This document shows positions 25,271-39,534 of a stretch of DNA of 64,000 nt, one piece after another. Where the stretch lies: the NCBI GenBank assembly GCA_964016885.1, contig OZ024742.1, positions 6,448,001 through 6,512,000 on the forward strand. Reading direction: 5' to 3'. The DNA is from Eledone cirrhosa. Taxonomy: Eukaryota. Both the position numbers and the translations under genes were made by a program. Under the pieces are notes generated by a model. The model saw only the letters and a list, made by a program, of their open reading frames with translations. It was not told where the DNA came from and searched no databases. Numbering within the stretch: position 1 is the first letter of the stretch; every line of letters begins with the position of its first letter.

Positions 25271-28200
25271 GGTTCACCAGATCAGTTTAGTGATATATGA
25301 CATAGTTCCTTACCCTAGTAGTTAGAGGGTTCACCAGAGCAGTTTAGTGATATATGACATAGTTCCTTACCCTAGTAGTTAGAGGGTTAACCACAGCAGT
25401 TTAGTGATGTATAACATAGTTTCTTACCCTAGTAGTTAGAGGGTTAACCAGAGCAGTTTAGTGATCTATAACATAGTTCCTTACCCTAGTAGGTAGAGGG
25501 TTAACCAGAGCATTTTAGTGATCTATAACATACTTCCTTACCCTAGTAGTTAGAGGGTTACCCCGTGCAGTTTAGTGATCTATAACATAGTTTCTTACCC
25601 TAGTAGTTAGAGGGTTAACCTGAGCAGTTCAGTGATCTATAACATAGTTTCTTAGCCTAGTAGTTAGAGGGTTAACCAGAGCAGGTTAGTGATCTATAAC
25701 ATATATCTTTACCCTAGTAGTTAGAGGGTTAACCAGAGCAGTTTAGTGATGTATAACATATTTCTTTAACCTAGTAGTTAGAGGGTTAACCAGAGCAGTT
25801 TAATGATCTATAACATATTTCTTTACCCTAGTAGTTAGAGGGTTAACCAGAGCAGTTTAGTGATCTATAACATAGTTCCTTAACATATTAGTTAGAGGGT
25901 TAACTAGAGCAGTTTAGTGATCTATAACATAGTTCCTTAACCTAGTAGTTAGAATGTTAACCAGAGCAGTTTAGTGATCTATAACATAGTTCCTTACCCT
26001 AGTAATTAGAGGGTTAACCAGAGCAGTTTAATGATCTATAACATGGTTTCTTAGCCTAGTAGGTAGAGGGTTAACCAGAGCTGTTTAGTGATCTATAACA
26101 TGGTTTCTTACCCTAGTAGGTAGAGGGTTAACCAGAGCATTTTAGTGATCTATAACATACTTCCTTACCCTAGTAGTTAGAGGGTTACCCCGTGCAGTTT
26201 AGTGATCTATAACATAGTTTCTTACCCTAGTAGTTAGAGGGTTAAGCAGAGCAGTTTAGTGATATGTAACATAGTTTCTTAGACTTGTAGTTAGAGGGTT
26301 AACCAGAGCAGTTTAGTGATATATAACATAGTTCCTTACCCTAGAAGTTAGAGGGTTAACCAGAGCAGTCTAGTGATCTATAACAAAGATTCTTAGCCGA
26401 GTAGTTCGAGGGTTAACCAGAGCAGTTTAGTGATATATAACATATTTTCTTACCCTAGTAGATAGAGGGTTAAGCAGAGCAGTTTAGTAATCTATAACAT
26501 AGATTCTTACCCTAGTAGTTGGAGGGTTAACCAGAGCAGTTTTGTGATCTATAACATAGTTCCTTACCCTAGGAGTTAGAGGGTTAACCAGAGCAGTTTA
26601 GTGATCTATAACATAGTTCCTTACCCTAGTAGTTAGAGGGTTAATCAAAGCAGTTCAGTGATTTATAACATGGTTTCTTACCCTAGGAGTTAGAGGGTTA
26701 ACCAGAGCAGTTTAGTGATCTATAACATAGTTCCTTACCCTAGTAGTTAGAGGGTTAACCAGAGCAGTTTAGTGATCTATAACATAGTTTCTTACCCTAG
26801 TAGTTAGAGGGTTAACCAGAGCAGTTTAGTGATATATAACAATAGTTCCTTACCCTAGTAGTTAGAGGGTTAACCAGAGCAGCTTACTGATCTATAACAT
26901 AGTTCCTTACCCTAATAGTTAGAGGGTTAACCAGAGCAGTTTAGTGATCCACAACATAGTTCCTTATCCTAGTAGTTAGAGGGTTAACCAGAAAAGTTTA
27001 GTGATATATGACATAGTTCCTTACCCTAGTAGTTAGAGGGTTCACCAGATCAGTTTAGTGATATATGACATAGTTCCTTACCCTAGTAGTTAGAGGGTTC
27101 ACCAGAGCAGTTTAGTGATATATGACATAGTTCCTTACCCTAGTAGTTAGAGGGTTAACCACAGCAGTTTAGTGATGTATAACATAGTTTCTTACCCTAG
27201 TAGTTAGAGGGTTAACCAGAGCAGTTTAGTGATCTATAACATAGTTCCTTACCCTAGAAGTTAGAGGGTTAACCAGAGCAGTTTAGTGATCTATAACATA
27301 GTTCCTTACCCTAGAAGTTAGAGGGTTAACCAGAGCAGTTTAGTGATCTAAAACATAGTTCCTGACCCTAGAAGTTAGTGGGTTAACCAGAGCAGTTTAG
27401 TGATATATAACATTGTTTCTTACCCTAGTAGTTAGAGGGTTAACCACAGCAGTTTAGTGATCTATAACATAGTTTCTTACCCTAGTAGTTAGAGGGTTAA
27501 CCAGAGCAGTTTAGTGATCTATAACATAGTTTCTTAGCCTAGCAGTTAGAGGGTTAACCAGAGCAGTTTAGTGATCTATAACATAGTTCCTGACCGTAGA
27601 AGTTAGTGGGTTAACCAGAGCAGTTTAGTGATCTATAACATAGTTCCTTACCCTAGAAGTTAGAGGGTTAACCAGAGCAGTTTAGTGATCTATAACATAG
27701 TTCGTGACCCTAGAAGTTAGTGGGTTAACCAGAGCAGTTTAGTGATATATAACATTGTTTCTTACCCTAGTAGTTAGTAGGTTAACCACAGCAGTTTAGT
27801 GATCTATAACATAGTTTCTTACCCTAGTAGTTAGAGGCTTAACCAGAGCAGTTTAGTGATCTATAACATAGTTTCTTAGCCTAGCAGTTAGAGGGTTAAC
27901 CAGAGCAGTTTAGTGATCTATAACATAGTTCCTGACCCTAGAAGTTAGTGGGTTAACCAGAGCAGTTTAGTGATTTATAACATAGTTCCTTACCCTAGAA
28001 GTTAGAGGGTTAACCAGAGCAGTTTAGTGATCTATAACATAGTTCCTTACCCTAGAAGTTAGAGGGTTAACCAGAGCAGTTTAGAGATCTATAACATAGT
28101 TCCTGATCCTAGAAGTTAGTGGGTTAACCAGAGCAGTTTAGTGATATATAACATAGTTTCTTAGACTTGAAGTTAGAGGGTTAACCAGAGCAGTTTAGTC

Positions 28201-29280
28201 ATATATAACATAGTTCCCTACCCTAGTAGTTAGAGGGTTAACCAGAGCAGTTTAGTGATCTATAACATAGTTCCTGACCCTAGAAGTTAGTGGGTTAACC
28301 AGAGCAGTTTAGTGATCTATAACATATTTCTTTACCCTAGTAGTTAGAGGGTTAACCAGAGCAGTTTAATGATCTATAACATATTTCTTTACCCTAGTAG
28401 TTAGAGGGTTAACCAGAGCAGTTTAGTGATCTATAACATAGTTCCTTAACATATTAGTTAGAGGGTTAACTAGAGCAGTTTAGTGATCTATAACATAGTT
28501 CCTTAACCTAGTAGTTAGAGGGTTAACCAGAGCAGTTTAGTGATCTATAACATAGTTCCTTACCCTAGTAATTAGAGGGTTAACCAGAGCAGTTTAATGA
28601 TCTATAACATGGTTTCTTACCCTAGTAGGTAGAGGATTAACCAGAGCTGTTTAGTGATCTATAACATGGTTTCTTACCCTAGTAGGTAGAGGGTTAACCA
28701 GAGCATTTAATGATCTATAACATACTTCCTTACCCTAGTAGTTAGAGGGTTACCCCGTGCAGTTTAGTGATCTATAACATAGTTTCTTACCCTAGTAGTT
28801 AGAGGGTTAAGCAGAGCAGTTTAGTGATATGTAACATAGTTTCTTAGACTTGTAGTTAGAGGGTTAACCAGAGCAGTTTAGTCATATATAACATAGTTCC
28901 TTACCCTAGAAGTTAGTGGGTTAACCAGAGCAGTTTAGTGATCTATAACATTGTTTCTTACCCTAGTAGTTAGAGGGTTAACCAGTACAGTTTAGTGATC
29001 TATAACATAGTTTCTTAGCCTAGTAGTTAGAGGTTAACCACAGCAGTTTAGTGATCTATAACATAGTTCCTGACCCTAGAAGTTAGTGGGTTAACCAGAG
29101 CAGTTTAGTGATCTATAACATTGTTTCTTACCCTAGTAGTTAGAGGGTTAACCTGAGCAGTTCAGTGATCTATAACATAGTTTCTTAGCCTAGTAGTTAT
29201 AGGGTTAACCAGAGCAGTTTAGTTATCTATAACATATATCTTTACCCTAGTAGTTAGAGGGTTAACCAGAGCAGTTTAGT

Positions 29281-32200
29281 GATGTATAACATATTTCTTT
29301 AGCCTAGTAGTTAGAGGGTTAACCAGAGCAGTTTAATGATCTATAACATATTTCTTTACCCTAGTAGTTAGAGGGTTAACCAGAGCAGTTTAGTGATCTA
29401 TAACATAGTTCCTTAACATATTAGTTAGAGGGTTAACTAGAGCAGTTTAGTGATATATGACGTAGTTCCTTACCCTAGTAGTTAGAGGGTTCACCAGAGC
29501 AGTTTAGTGATATATGACATAGTTCCTTACCCTAGTAGTTAGAGGGTTAACCACAGCATTGTAGTGATATATAACATATTTTCTTACCCTAGTAGATAGA
29601 GGGTTAAGCAGAGCAGTTTAGTGATCTATAACATAGTTTCTTACCCTAGTAGTTAGAGGGTTAACCAGAGCAGTTTTGTGATCTATAACATAGTTCCTTA
29701 CCCTAGTAGTTAGAGGGTTAACCAGAGCAGTTTAGTGATCTATAACATAGTTCCTTACCCTAGTAGTTAGAGGGTTAATCAAAGCAGTTCAGTGATTTAT
29801 AACATGGTTTCTTACCCTACTAGTTAGAGGGTTAACCAGAGCAGTTTAGTGATCCACAACATAGTTCATTTTCCTAGTAGTTAGAGGTTAACCAGAGCAG
29901 TTTAGTGATCCACAACATAGTTCCTTATCCTAGTAGTTAGAGGGTTAACCAGAAAAGTTTAGTGATATATGACATAGTTCCTTACCCTAGTAGTTAGAGG
30001 GTTCACCAGATCAGTTTAGTGATATATGACGTAGTTCCTTACCCTAGTAGTTAGAGGGTTCACCAGAGCAGTTTAGTGATATATGACATAGTTCCTTACC
30101 CTAGTAGTTAGAGGGTTAACCACAGCAGTTTAGTGATCTATAACATAGTTTCTTACCCTAGTAGTTAGAGGGTTAACCAGAGCAGTTTAGTGATCTATAA
30201 CATAGTTCCTTACCCTAGAAGTTAGAGGGTTAACCAGAGCAGTTTAGTGATCTATAACATAGTTCCTTACCCTAGAAGTTAGATGGTTAACCAGAGCAGT
30301 TTAGTGATCTATAGCATAGTTCCTGACCCTAGAAGTTAGTGGGTTAACCAGAGCAGTTTAGTGATATATAACATTGTCTCTTACCCTAGTAGTTAGAGGG
30401 TTAACCACAGCAGTTTAGTGATCTATAACATAGTTTCTTAGCCTAGTAGTTAGAGGGTTAACCAGAGCAGTTTAGTGATCTATAACATAGTTCCTTACCC
30501 TAGAAGTTAGAGGGTTAACCAGAGCAGTTTAGTGATCTATAACATAGTTCCTTACCCTAGAAGTTAGAGGGTTAACCAGAGCAGTTTAGTGATCTATAAC
30601 ATAGTTCCTGGCCCTAGAAGTTAGTGGGTTAACCAGAGCAGTTTAGTGATATATAACATAGTTTCTTAGACTTGAAGTTAGAGGGTTAACCAGAGCAGTT
30701 TAGTCATATATAACATAGTTCCCTACCCTAGTAGTTAGAGGGTTAACCAGAGCAGTTTAGTGATCTATAACATAGTGCCTGACCCTAGAAGTTAGTGGGT
30801 TAACCAGAGCAGTTTAGTGATATATAACATGGTTCCTTACCCTAGTAGGTAGAGGGTTAACCAGAGCTGTTTAGTGATCTATAACATGGTTTCTTACCCT
30901 AGTAGGTAGAGGGTTAACCAGAGCATTTTAGTGATCTATAACATACTTCCTTACCCTAGTAGTTAGAGGGTTACCCCGTGCAGTTTAGTGATCTATAACA
31001 TAGTTTCTTACCCTAGTAGTTAGAGGGTTAACCTGAGCAGTTCAGTGATCTATAACATAGTTTCTTAGCCTAGTAGTTAGAGGGTTAACCAGAGCAGTTT
31101 AGTGATCTATAACATATATCTTTACCCTAGTAGTTAGAGGGTTAACCAGAGCAGTTTAGTGATGTATAACATATTTCTTTAACCTAGTAGTTAGAGGGTT
31201 AACCAGAGCAGTTTAATGATCTATAACATATTTCTTTACCCTAGTAGTTAGAGGGTTAACCAGAGCAGTTTAGTGATGTATAACATATTTCTTTAGCCTA
31301 GTAGTTAGAGGGTTAACCAGAGCAGTTTAATGATCTATAACATATTTCTTTACCCTAGTAGTTAGAGGGTTAACCAGAGCAGTTTAGTGATCTATAACAT
31401 ATTTCCTTAACATATTAGTTAGAGGGTTAACTAGAGCAGTTTAGTGATATATGACGTAGTTCCTTACCCTAGTAGTTAGAGGGTTCACCAGAGCAGTTTA
31501 GTGATATATGTCATAGTTCCTTACCCTAGTAGTTAGAGGGTTAACCACAGCATTGTAGTGATATATAACATATTTTCTTACCCTAGTAGATAGAGGGTTA
31601 AGCAGAGCAGTTTAGTGATCTATAACATAGTTTCTTACCCTAGTAGTTAGAGGGTTAACCAGAGCAGTTTTGTGATCTATAACATAGTTCCTTACCCTAG
31701 TAGTTAGAGGGTTAACCAGAGCAGTTTAGTGATCTATAACATAGTTCCTTACCCTAGTAGTTAGAGGGTTAATCAAAGCAGTTCAGTGATTTATAACATG
31801 GTTTCTTACCCTACTAGTTAGAGGGTTAACCAGAGCAGTTTAGTGATCCACAACATAGTTCATTTTCCTAGTAGTTAGAGGTTAACCAGAGCAGTTTAGT
31901 GATCCACAACATAGTTCCTTATCCTAGTAGTTAGAGGGTTAACCAGAAACGTTTAGTGATATATGACATAGTTCCTTACCCTAGTAGTTAGAGGGTTCAC
32001 CAGATCAGTTTAGTGATATATGACGTAGTTCCTTACCCTAGTAGTTAGAGGGTTCACCAGAGCAGTTTAGTGATATATGACATAGTTCCTTACCCTAGTA
32101 GTTAGAGGGTTAACCACAGCAGTTTAGTGATCTATAACATAGTTTCTTACCCTAGTAGTTAGAGGGTTAACCAGAGCAGTTTAGTGATCTATAACATAGT

Positions 32201-33300
32201 TCCTTACCCTAGAAGTTAGAGGGTTAACCAGAGCAGTTTAGTGATCTATAACATAGTTCCTTACCCTAGAAGTTAGATGGTTAACCAGAGCAGTTTAGTG
32301 ATCTATAGCATAGTTCCTGACCCTAGAAGTTAGTGGGTTAACCAGAGCAGTTTAGTGATATATAACATTGTCTCTTACCCTAGTAGTTAGAGGGTTAACC
32401 ACAGCAGTTTAGTGATCTATAACATAGTTTCTTACCCTAGTAGTTAGAGGGTTAACCAGAGCAGTTTAGTGATCTATAACATAGTTTCTTAGCCTAGCAG
32501 TTAGAGGGTTAACCAGAGCAGTTTTGTGATCTATAACATAGTTCCTGACCCTAGAAGTTAGTGGGTTAACCAGAGCAGTTTAGTGATCTATAACATAGTT
32601 CCTTACCCTAGAAGTTAGAGGGTTAACCAGAGCAGTTTAGTGATCTATAACATAGTTCCTTACCCTAGAAGTTAGAGGGTTAACCAGAGCAGTTTAGTGA
32701 TCTATAACATAGTTCCTGGCCCTAGAAGTTAGTGGGTTAACCAGAGCAGTTTAGTGATATATAACATAGTTTCTTAGACTTGAAGTTAGAGGGTTAACCA
32801 GAGCAGTTTAGTGATCTATAACATGGTTCCTTACCCTAGTAGGTAGAGGGTTAACCAGAGCTGTTTAGTGATCTATAACATGGTTTCTTACCCTAGTAGG
32901 TAGAGGGTTAACCAGAGCATTTTAGTGATCTATAACATACTTCCTTACCCTAGTAGTTAGAGGGTTACCCCGTGAAGTTTAGTGATCTATAACATAGTTT
33001 CTTACCCTAGTAGTTAGAGGGTTAACCTGAGCAGTTCAGTGATCTATAACATAGTTTCTTAGCCTAGTAGTTAGAGGGTTAACCAGAGCAGTTTAGTGAT
33101 CTATAACATATATCTTTACCCTAGTAGTTAGAGGGTTAAACAGAGCAGTTTAGTGATGTATAACATATTTCTTTAACCTAGTAGTTAGAGGGTTAACCAG
33201 AGCAGTTTAATGATCTATAACATATTTCTTTACCCTAGTAGTTAGAGGGTTAACCAGAGCAGTTTAGTGATCTATAATATAGTTCCTTAACATATTAGTT
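29281..33300. repeat. Higher-order duplication, period ~1994 bp (35 monomers), with internal monomer gains/losses
   Basis: ATATTTCTTTAGCC 29291/31285, AGATGG 30281/32275, ATAGCA 30311/32305, offset 1994 (35x57-1). Right boundary approximate. Confidence 0.85.
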
Positions 33301-36300
33301 AGAGGGTTAACTAGAGCAGTTTAGTGATCTATAACATAGTTCCTGACCCTAGAAGTTAGTGGGTTAACCAGAGCAGTTTAGTGATATATAACATTGTTTC
33401 TTACCCTAGTAGTTAGAGGGTTAACCACAGCAGTTTAGTGATCTATAACATAGTTTCTTACCCTAGTAGTTAGAGGGTTAACCAGAGCAGTTTAGTGATC
33501 TATAACATAGTTTCTTAGCCTAGCAGTTAGAGGGTTAACCAGAGCAGTTTAGTGATCTATAACATAGTTCCTGACCCTAGAAGTTAGTGGGTTAACCAGA
33601 GCAGTTTAGTGATCTATAACATAGTTCCTTACCCTAGAAGTTAGAGGGTTAACCAGAGCAGTTTAGTGATCTATAACATAGTTCCTTACCCTAGTAGTTA
33701 GAGGGTTACCCCGTGCAGTTTAGTGATCTATAACATAGTTTCTTACCCTAGTAGTTAGAGGGTTAACCTGAGCAGTTCAGTGATCTATAACATAGTTTCT
33801 TAGCCTAGTAGTTAGAGGGTTAACCAGAGCTGTTTAGTGATCTATAACATGGTTTCTTACCCTAGTAGGTAGAGGGTTAACCAGAGCATTTAATGATCAA
33901 TAACATACTTCCTTACCCTAGTAGTTAGAGGTTTACCCCGTGCAGTTTAGTGATCTATAACATAGTTTCTTACCCTAGTAGTTAGAGGGTTAAGCAGAGC
34001 AGTTTAGTGATATGTAACATAGTTTCTTAGACTTGTAATTAGAGGGTTAACCAGAGCAGTTTAGTCATATATAACATAGTTCCTTACCCTAGTAGTTAGA
34101 GGGTTAACCAGAGCAGTTTAGTGATATATAACATAGTTCCTTACCCTAGAAGTTAGAGGGTTAACCAGAGCAGTCTAGTGATCTATAACAAAGTTTCTTA
34201 GCCTAGTAGTTCGAGGGTTAACCAGAGCAGTTTAGTGATCTATAACATGGTTTCTTACCCTAGTAGTTAGAGGGTTAACCAGAGCAGTTTAGTGATGTAT
34301 TACATAGTTCCTTAGCCTAGTAGTTAGAGGGTTAATCAAAGCAGTTTAGTGATTTATAACATGGTTTCTTACCTAGGAGTTAGAGGGTTAACCAGAGCAG
34401 TTTAGTGATCTATAACATAGTTCCTTTCCCTATAAGTTAGAGGGTTAATCAAAGCAGTTCAGTGATTTATAACATGGTTTCTTACCCTAGTAGTTAGAGG
34501 GTTAAGCAGAGCAGTTTAGTGATATATAACATAGTTCCTTATCCTAGTAGTTAGAGGGTTAAGCAGAGCAGTTTAGTGATATATAACATAGTTCCTTACC
34601 CTAGTAGTTAGAGGGTTAACCAGTACAGTTTAGTGATCTATAACATAGTTTCTTAGCCTAGTAGTTAGAGGTTAACCACATCAGTTTAGTGATCCATAAC
34701 ATAGTTCCTGACCCTAGAAGTTAGTGGGTTAACCAGAGCAGTTTAGTGATCTATAACATTGTTTCTTACCCTAGTAGTCAGAGGGTTAACCTGAGCAGTT
34801 CAGTGATCTATAACATAGTTTCTTAGCCTAGTAGTTAGAGGGTTAACCAGAGCAGTTTAGTGATCTATAACATATATCTTTACCCTAGTAGTTAGAGGGT
34901 TAACCAGAACAGTTTAGTGATGTATAACATATTTCTTTAACCTAGTAGTTAGAGGGTTAACCAGAGCAGTTTAATGATCTATAACATATTTCTTTACCCT
35001 AGTAGTTAGAGGGTTAACCAGAGCAGTTTAGTGATCTATAACATAGTTCCTTAACATATTAGTTAGAGGGTTAACTAGAGCAGTTTAGTGATATATGACG
35101 TAGTTCCTTACCCTAGTAGTTAGAGGGTTCACCAGAGCAGTTTAGTGATATATGACATAGTTCCTTACCCTAGTAGTTAGAGGGTTAACCACAGCATTGT
35201 AGTGATATATAACATATGTTCTTACCCTAGTAGATAGAGGGTTAAGCAGAGCAGTTTAGTGATCTATAACATAGTTTCTTACCCTAGTAGTTAGAGGGTT
35301 AACCAGAGCAGTTTTGTGATCTATAACATAGTTCCTTACCCTAGTAGTTAGAGGGTCAACCAGAGCAGTTTAGTGATCTATAACATAGTTCCTTACCCTA
35401 GTAGTTAGAGGGTTCATCAAAGCAGTTCAGTGATTTATAACATGGTTTCTTACCCTACTAGTTAGAGGGTTAACCAGAGCAGTTTAGTGATCCACAACAT
35501 AGTTCATTTTCCTAGTAGTTAGAGGTTAACCAGAGCAGTTTAGTGATCCACAACATAGTTCCTTATCCTAGTAGTTAGAGGGTTAACCAGAAAAGTTTAG
35601 TGATATATGACATAGTTCCTTACCCTAGAAGTTAGAGGGTTCACCAGATCAGTTTAGTGATATATGACGTAGTTCCTTACCCTAGTAGTTAGAGGGTTCA
35701 CCAGAGCAGTTTAGTGATATATGACATAGTTCCTTACCCTAGTAGTTAGAGGGTTAACCACAGCAGTTTAGTGATCTATAACATAGTTTCTTACCCTAGT
35801 AGTTAGAGGGTTAACCAGAGCAGTTTAGTGATCTATAACATAGTTCCTTACCCTAGAAGTTAGAGGGTTAACCAGAGCAGTTTAGTGATCTATAACATAG
35901 TTCCTTACCCTAGAAGTTAGAGGGTTAACCAGAGCAGTTTAGTGATCTATAACATAGTTCCTGACCCTAGAAGTTAGTGGGTTAACCAGAGCAGTTTAGT
36001 GATATATAACATTGTCTCTTACCCTAGTAGTTAGAGGGTTAACCACAGCAGTTTAGTGAACTATAACATAGTTTCTTACCCTAGTAGTTAGAGGGTTAAC
36101 CAGAGCAGTTTAGTGATCTATAACATAGTTTCTTAGCCTAGCAGTTAGAGGGTTAACCAGAGCAGTTTTGTGATCTATAACATAGTTCCTGACCCTAGAA
36201 GTTAGTGGGTTAACCAGAGCAGTTTAGTGATCTATAACATAGTTCCTTACCCTAGAAGTTAGAGGGTTAACCAGAGCAGTTTAGTGATCTATAACATAGT

Positions 36301-39300
36301 TCCTTATCCTAGAAGTTAGAGGGTTAACCAGAGCAGTTTAGTGATCTATAACATAGTTCCTGGCCCTAGAAGTTAGTGGGTTAACCAGAGCAGTTTAGTG
36401 ATATATAACATAGTTTCTTAGACTTGAAGTTAGAGGGTTAACCAGAGCAGTTTAGTCATATATAACATAGTTCCCTACCCTAGTAGTTAAAGGGTTAACC
36501 AGAGCAGTTTAGTGATCTATAACATAGTTCCTGACCCTAGAAGTTAGTGGGTTAACCAGAGCAGTTTAGTGATATATAACATGGTTCCTTACCCTAGTAG
36601 GTAGAGGGTTAACCAGAGCTGTTTAGTGATCTATAACATGGTTTCTTACCCTAGTAGGTAGAGGGTTAACCAGAGCATTTTAGTGATCTATAACATACTT
36701 CCTTACCCTAGTAGTTAGAGGGTTACCCCGTGCAGTTTAGTGATCTATAACATAGTTTCTTACCCTAGTAGTTAGAGGGTTAACCTGAGCAGTTCAGTGA
36801 TCTATAACATAGTTTCTTAGCCTAGTAGTTAGAGGGTTAACCAGAGCAGTGTAGTGATCTATAACATATATCTTTACCCTAGTAGTTAGAGGGTTAACCA
36901 GAGCAGTTTAATGATCTATAACATATTTCTTTACCCTAGTAGTTAGAGGTTTAACCAGAGCAGTTTAGTGATCTATAACATAGTTCCTTAACATATTAGT
37001 TAGAGGGTTAACTAGAGCAGTTTAGTGATCTATAACATAGTTCCTTAACCTAGTAGTTAGAGGGTTAACCAGAGCAGTTTAGTGATCTATAACATAGTTC
37101 CTTACCCTAGTAATTAGAGGGTTAATCAGAGCAGTTTAATGATCTATAACATGGTTTCTTAGCCTAGTAGGTAGAGGGTTAACCAGAGCGGTTTAGTGAT
37201 CTATAACATGGTTTCTTACCCTAGTAGGTAGAGGGTTAACCAGAGCATTTTAGTGATCTATAACATACATCCTTACCCTAGTAGTTAGAGGGTTACCCCG
37301 TGCAGTTTAGTGATCTATAACATAGTTTCTTACCCTAGTAGTTAGAGGGTTAAACAGAGCAGTTTAGTGATATGTAACATAGTTTCTTAGACTTGTAGTT
37401 AGAGGGTTAACCAGAGCAGTTTAGTGATATATAACATAGTTCCTTACCCTAGAAGTTAGAGGGTTAACCAGAGCAGTCTAGTGATCTATAACAAAGTTTC
37501 TTAGCCTAGTAGTTCGAGGGTTAACCAGAGCAGTTTAGTGATCTATAACATGGTTTCTTACCCTAGTAGTTAGAGGGTTAACCTGAGCAGTTTAGTGATC
37601 TATAACATATATCTTTACCCTAGTAGTTAGAGGGTTAACCAGAGCAGTTTAGTGATGTATAACATATTTCTCTAACCTAGTAGTTAGAGGGTTAACCAGA
37701 GCAGTTTAATGATCTATAACATATTTCTTTACCCTAGTAGTTAGAGGGTTAACCAGAGCAGTTTAGTGATCTATAACATAGTTCCTTAACATATTAGTTA
37801 GAGGGTTAACTAGAGCAGTTTAGTGATATATGACGTAGTTCCTTACCCTAGTAGTTAGAGGGTTCACCAGAGCAGTTTTGTGATATATGACATAGTTCCT
37901 TACCCTAGTAGTTAGAGGGTTAACCACAGCATTTTAGTGATATATAACATATTTTCTTACCCTAGTAGATAGAGGGTTAAGCAGAGCAGTTTAGTGATCT
38001 ATAACATAGATTCTTACCCTAGTAGTTAGAGGGTTAACCAGAGCAGTTTTGTGATCTATAACATAGTTCCTTACCCTAGTAGTTAGAGGGTTAACTAGAG
38101 CAGTTTAGTGATGTATAACATTGTTCCTTAGCCTAGTAGTTAGAGGGTTAATCAAAGCAGTTTAGTGATTTATAACATGGTTTCTTACCCTAGGAGTTAG
38201 AGGGTTAACCAGAGCAGTTTAGTGATCTATAACATAGTTCCTTACCCTAGTAGTTAGAGGGTTAATCAAAGCAGTTCAGTGATTTATAACATGGTTTCTT
38301 ACCCTAGAAGTTAGAGGGTTAACCAGAGCAGTTTAGTGATCTATAACATAGTTCCTTACCCTAGTAGTTAGAGGGTTAACCAGAGCAGTTTAGTGATATA
38401 TAACAATAGTTCCTTACCCTAGTAGTTAGAGGGTTAACCAGAGCAGCTTACTGATCTATAACATAGTTCCTTACCCTAATAGTTAGAGGGTTAACCAGAG
38501 CAGTTTAGTGATCCACAACATAGTTCATTTTCCTAGTAGTTAGAGGTTAACCAGAGCAGTTTAGTGATCCACAACATAGTTCCTTATCCTAGTAGTTAGA
38601 GGGTTAACCAGAAAAGTTTAGTGATATATGACATAGTTCCTTACCCTAGTAGTTAGAGGGTTCACCAGATCAGTTTAGTGATATATGACGTAGTTCCTTA
38701 CCCTAGTAGTTAGAGGGTTCACCAGAGCAGTTTAGTGATATATGACATAGTTCCTTACCCTAGTAGTTAGAGGGTTAACCACAGCAGTTTAGTGATCTAT
38801 AACATAGTTTCTTACCCTAGTAGTTAGAGGGTTAACCAGAGCAGTTTAGTGATCTATAACATAGTTCTTTACCCTAGAAGTTAGAGGGTTAACCAGAGCA
38901 GTTTAGTGATCTATAACATAGTTCCTTACCCTAGAAGTTAGAGGGTTAACCAGAGCAGTTTAGTGATCTATAACATAGTTCCTGACCCTAGAAGTTAGTG
39001 GGTTAACCAGAGCAGTTTAGTGATATATAACATTGTTTCTTACCCTAGTAGTTAGAGGGTTAACCACAGCAGTTTAGTGATCTATAACATAGTTTCTTAC
39101 CCTAGTAGTTAGAGGGTTAACCAGAGCAGTTTAGTGATCTATAACATAGTTTCTTAGCCTAGCAGTTAGAGGGTTAACCAGAGCAGTTTAGTGATCTATA
39201 ACATAGTTCCTGACCCTAGAAGTTAGTGGGTTAACCAGAGCAGTTTAGTGATCTATAACATAGTTCCTGACCCTAGAAGTTAGTGGGTTAACCAGAGCAG

Positions 39301-39534
39301 TTTAGTGATATATAACATTGTTTCTTACCCTAGTAGTTAGAGGGTTAACCACAGCAGTTTAGTGATCTATAACATAGTTTCTTACCCTAGTAGTTAGAGG
39401 GTTCACCAGAGCAGTTTAGTGATCTATAACATAGTTTCTTAGCCTAGCAGTTAGAGGGTTAACCAGAGCAGTTTAGTGATCTATAACATAGTTCCTGACC
39501 CTAGAAGTTAGTGGGTTAACCAGAGCAGTTTAGT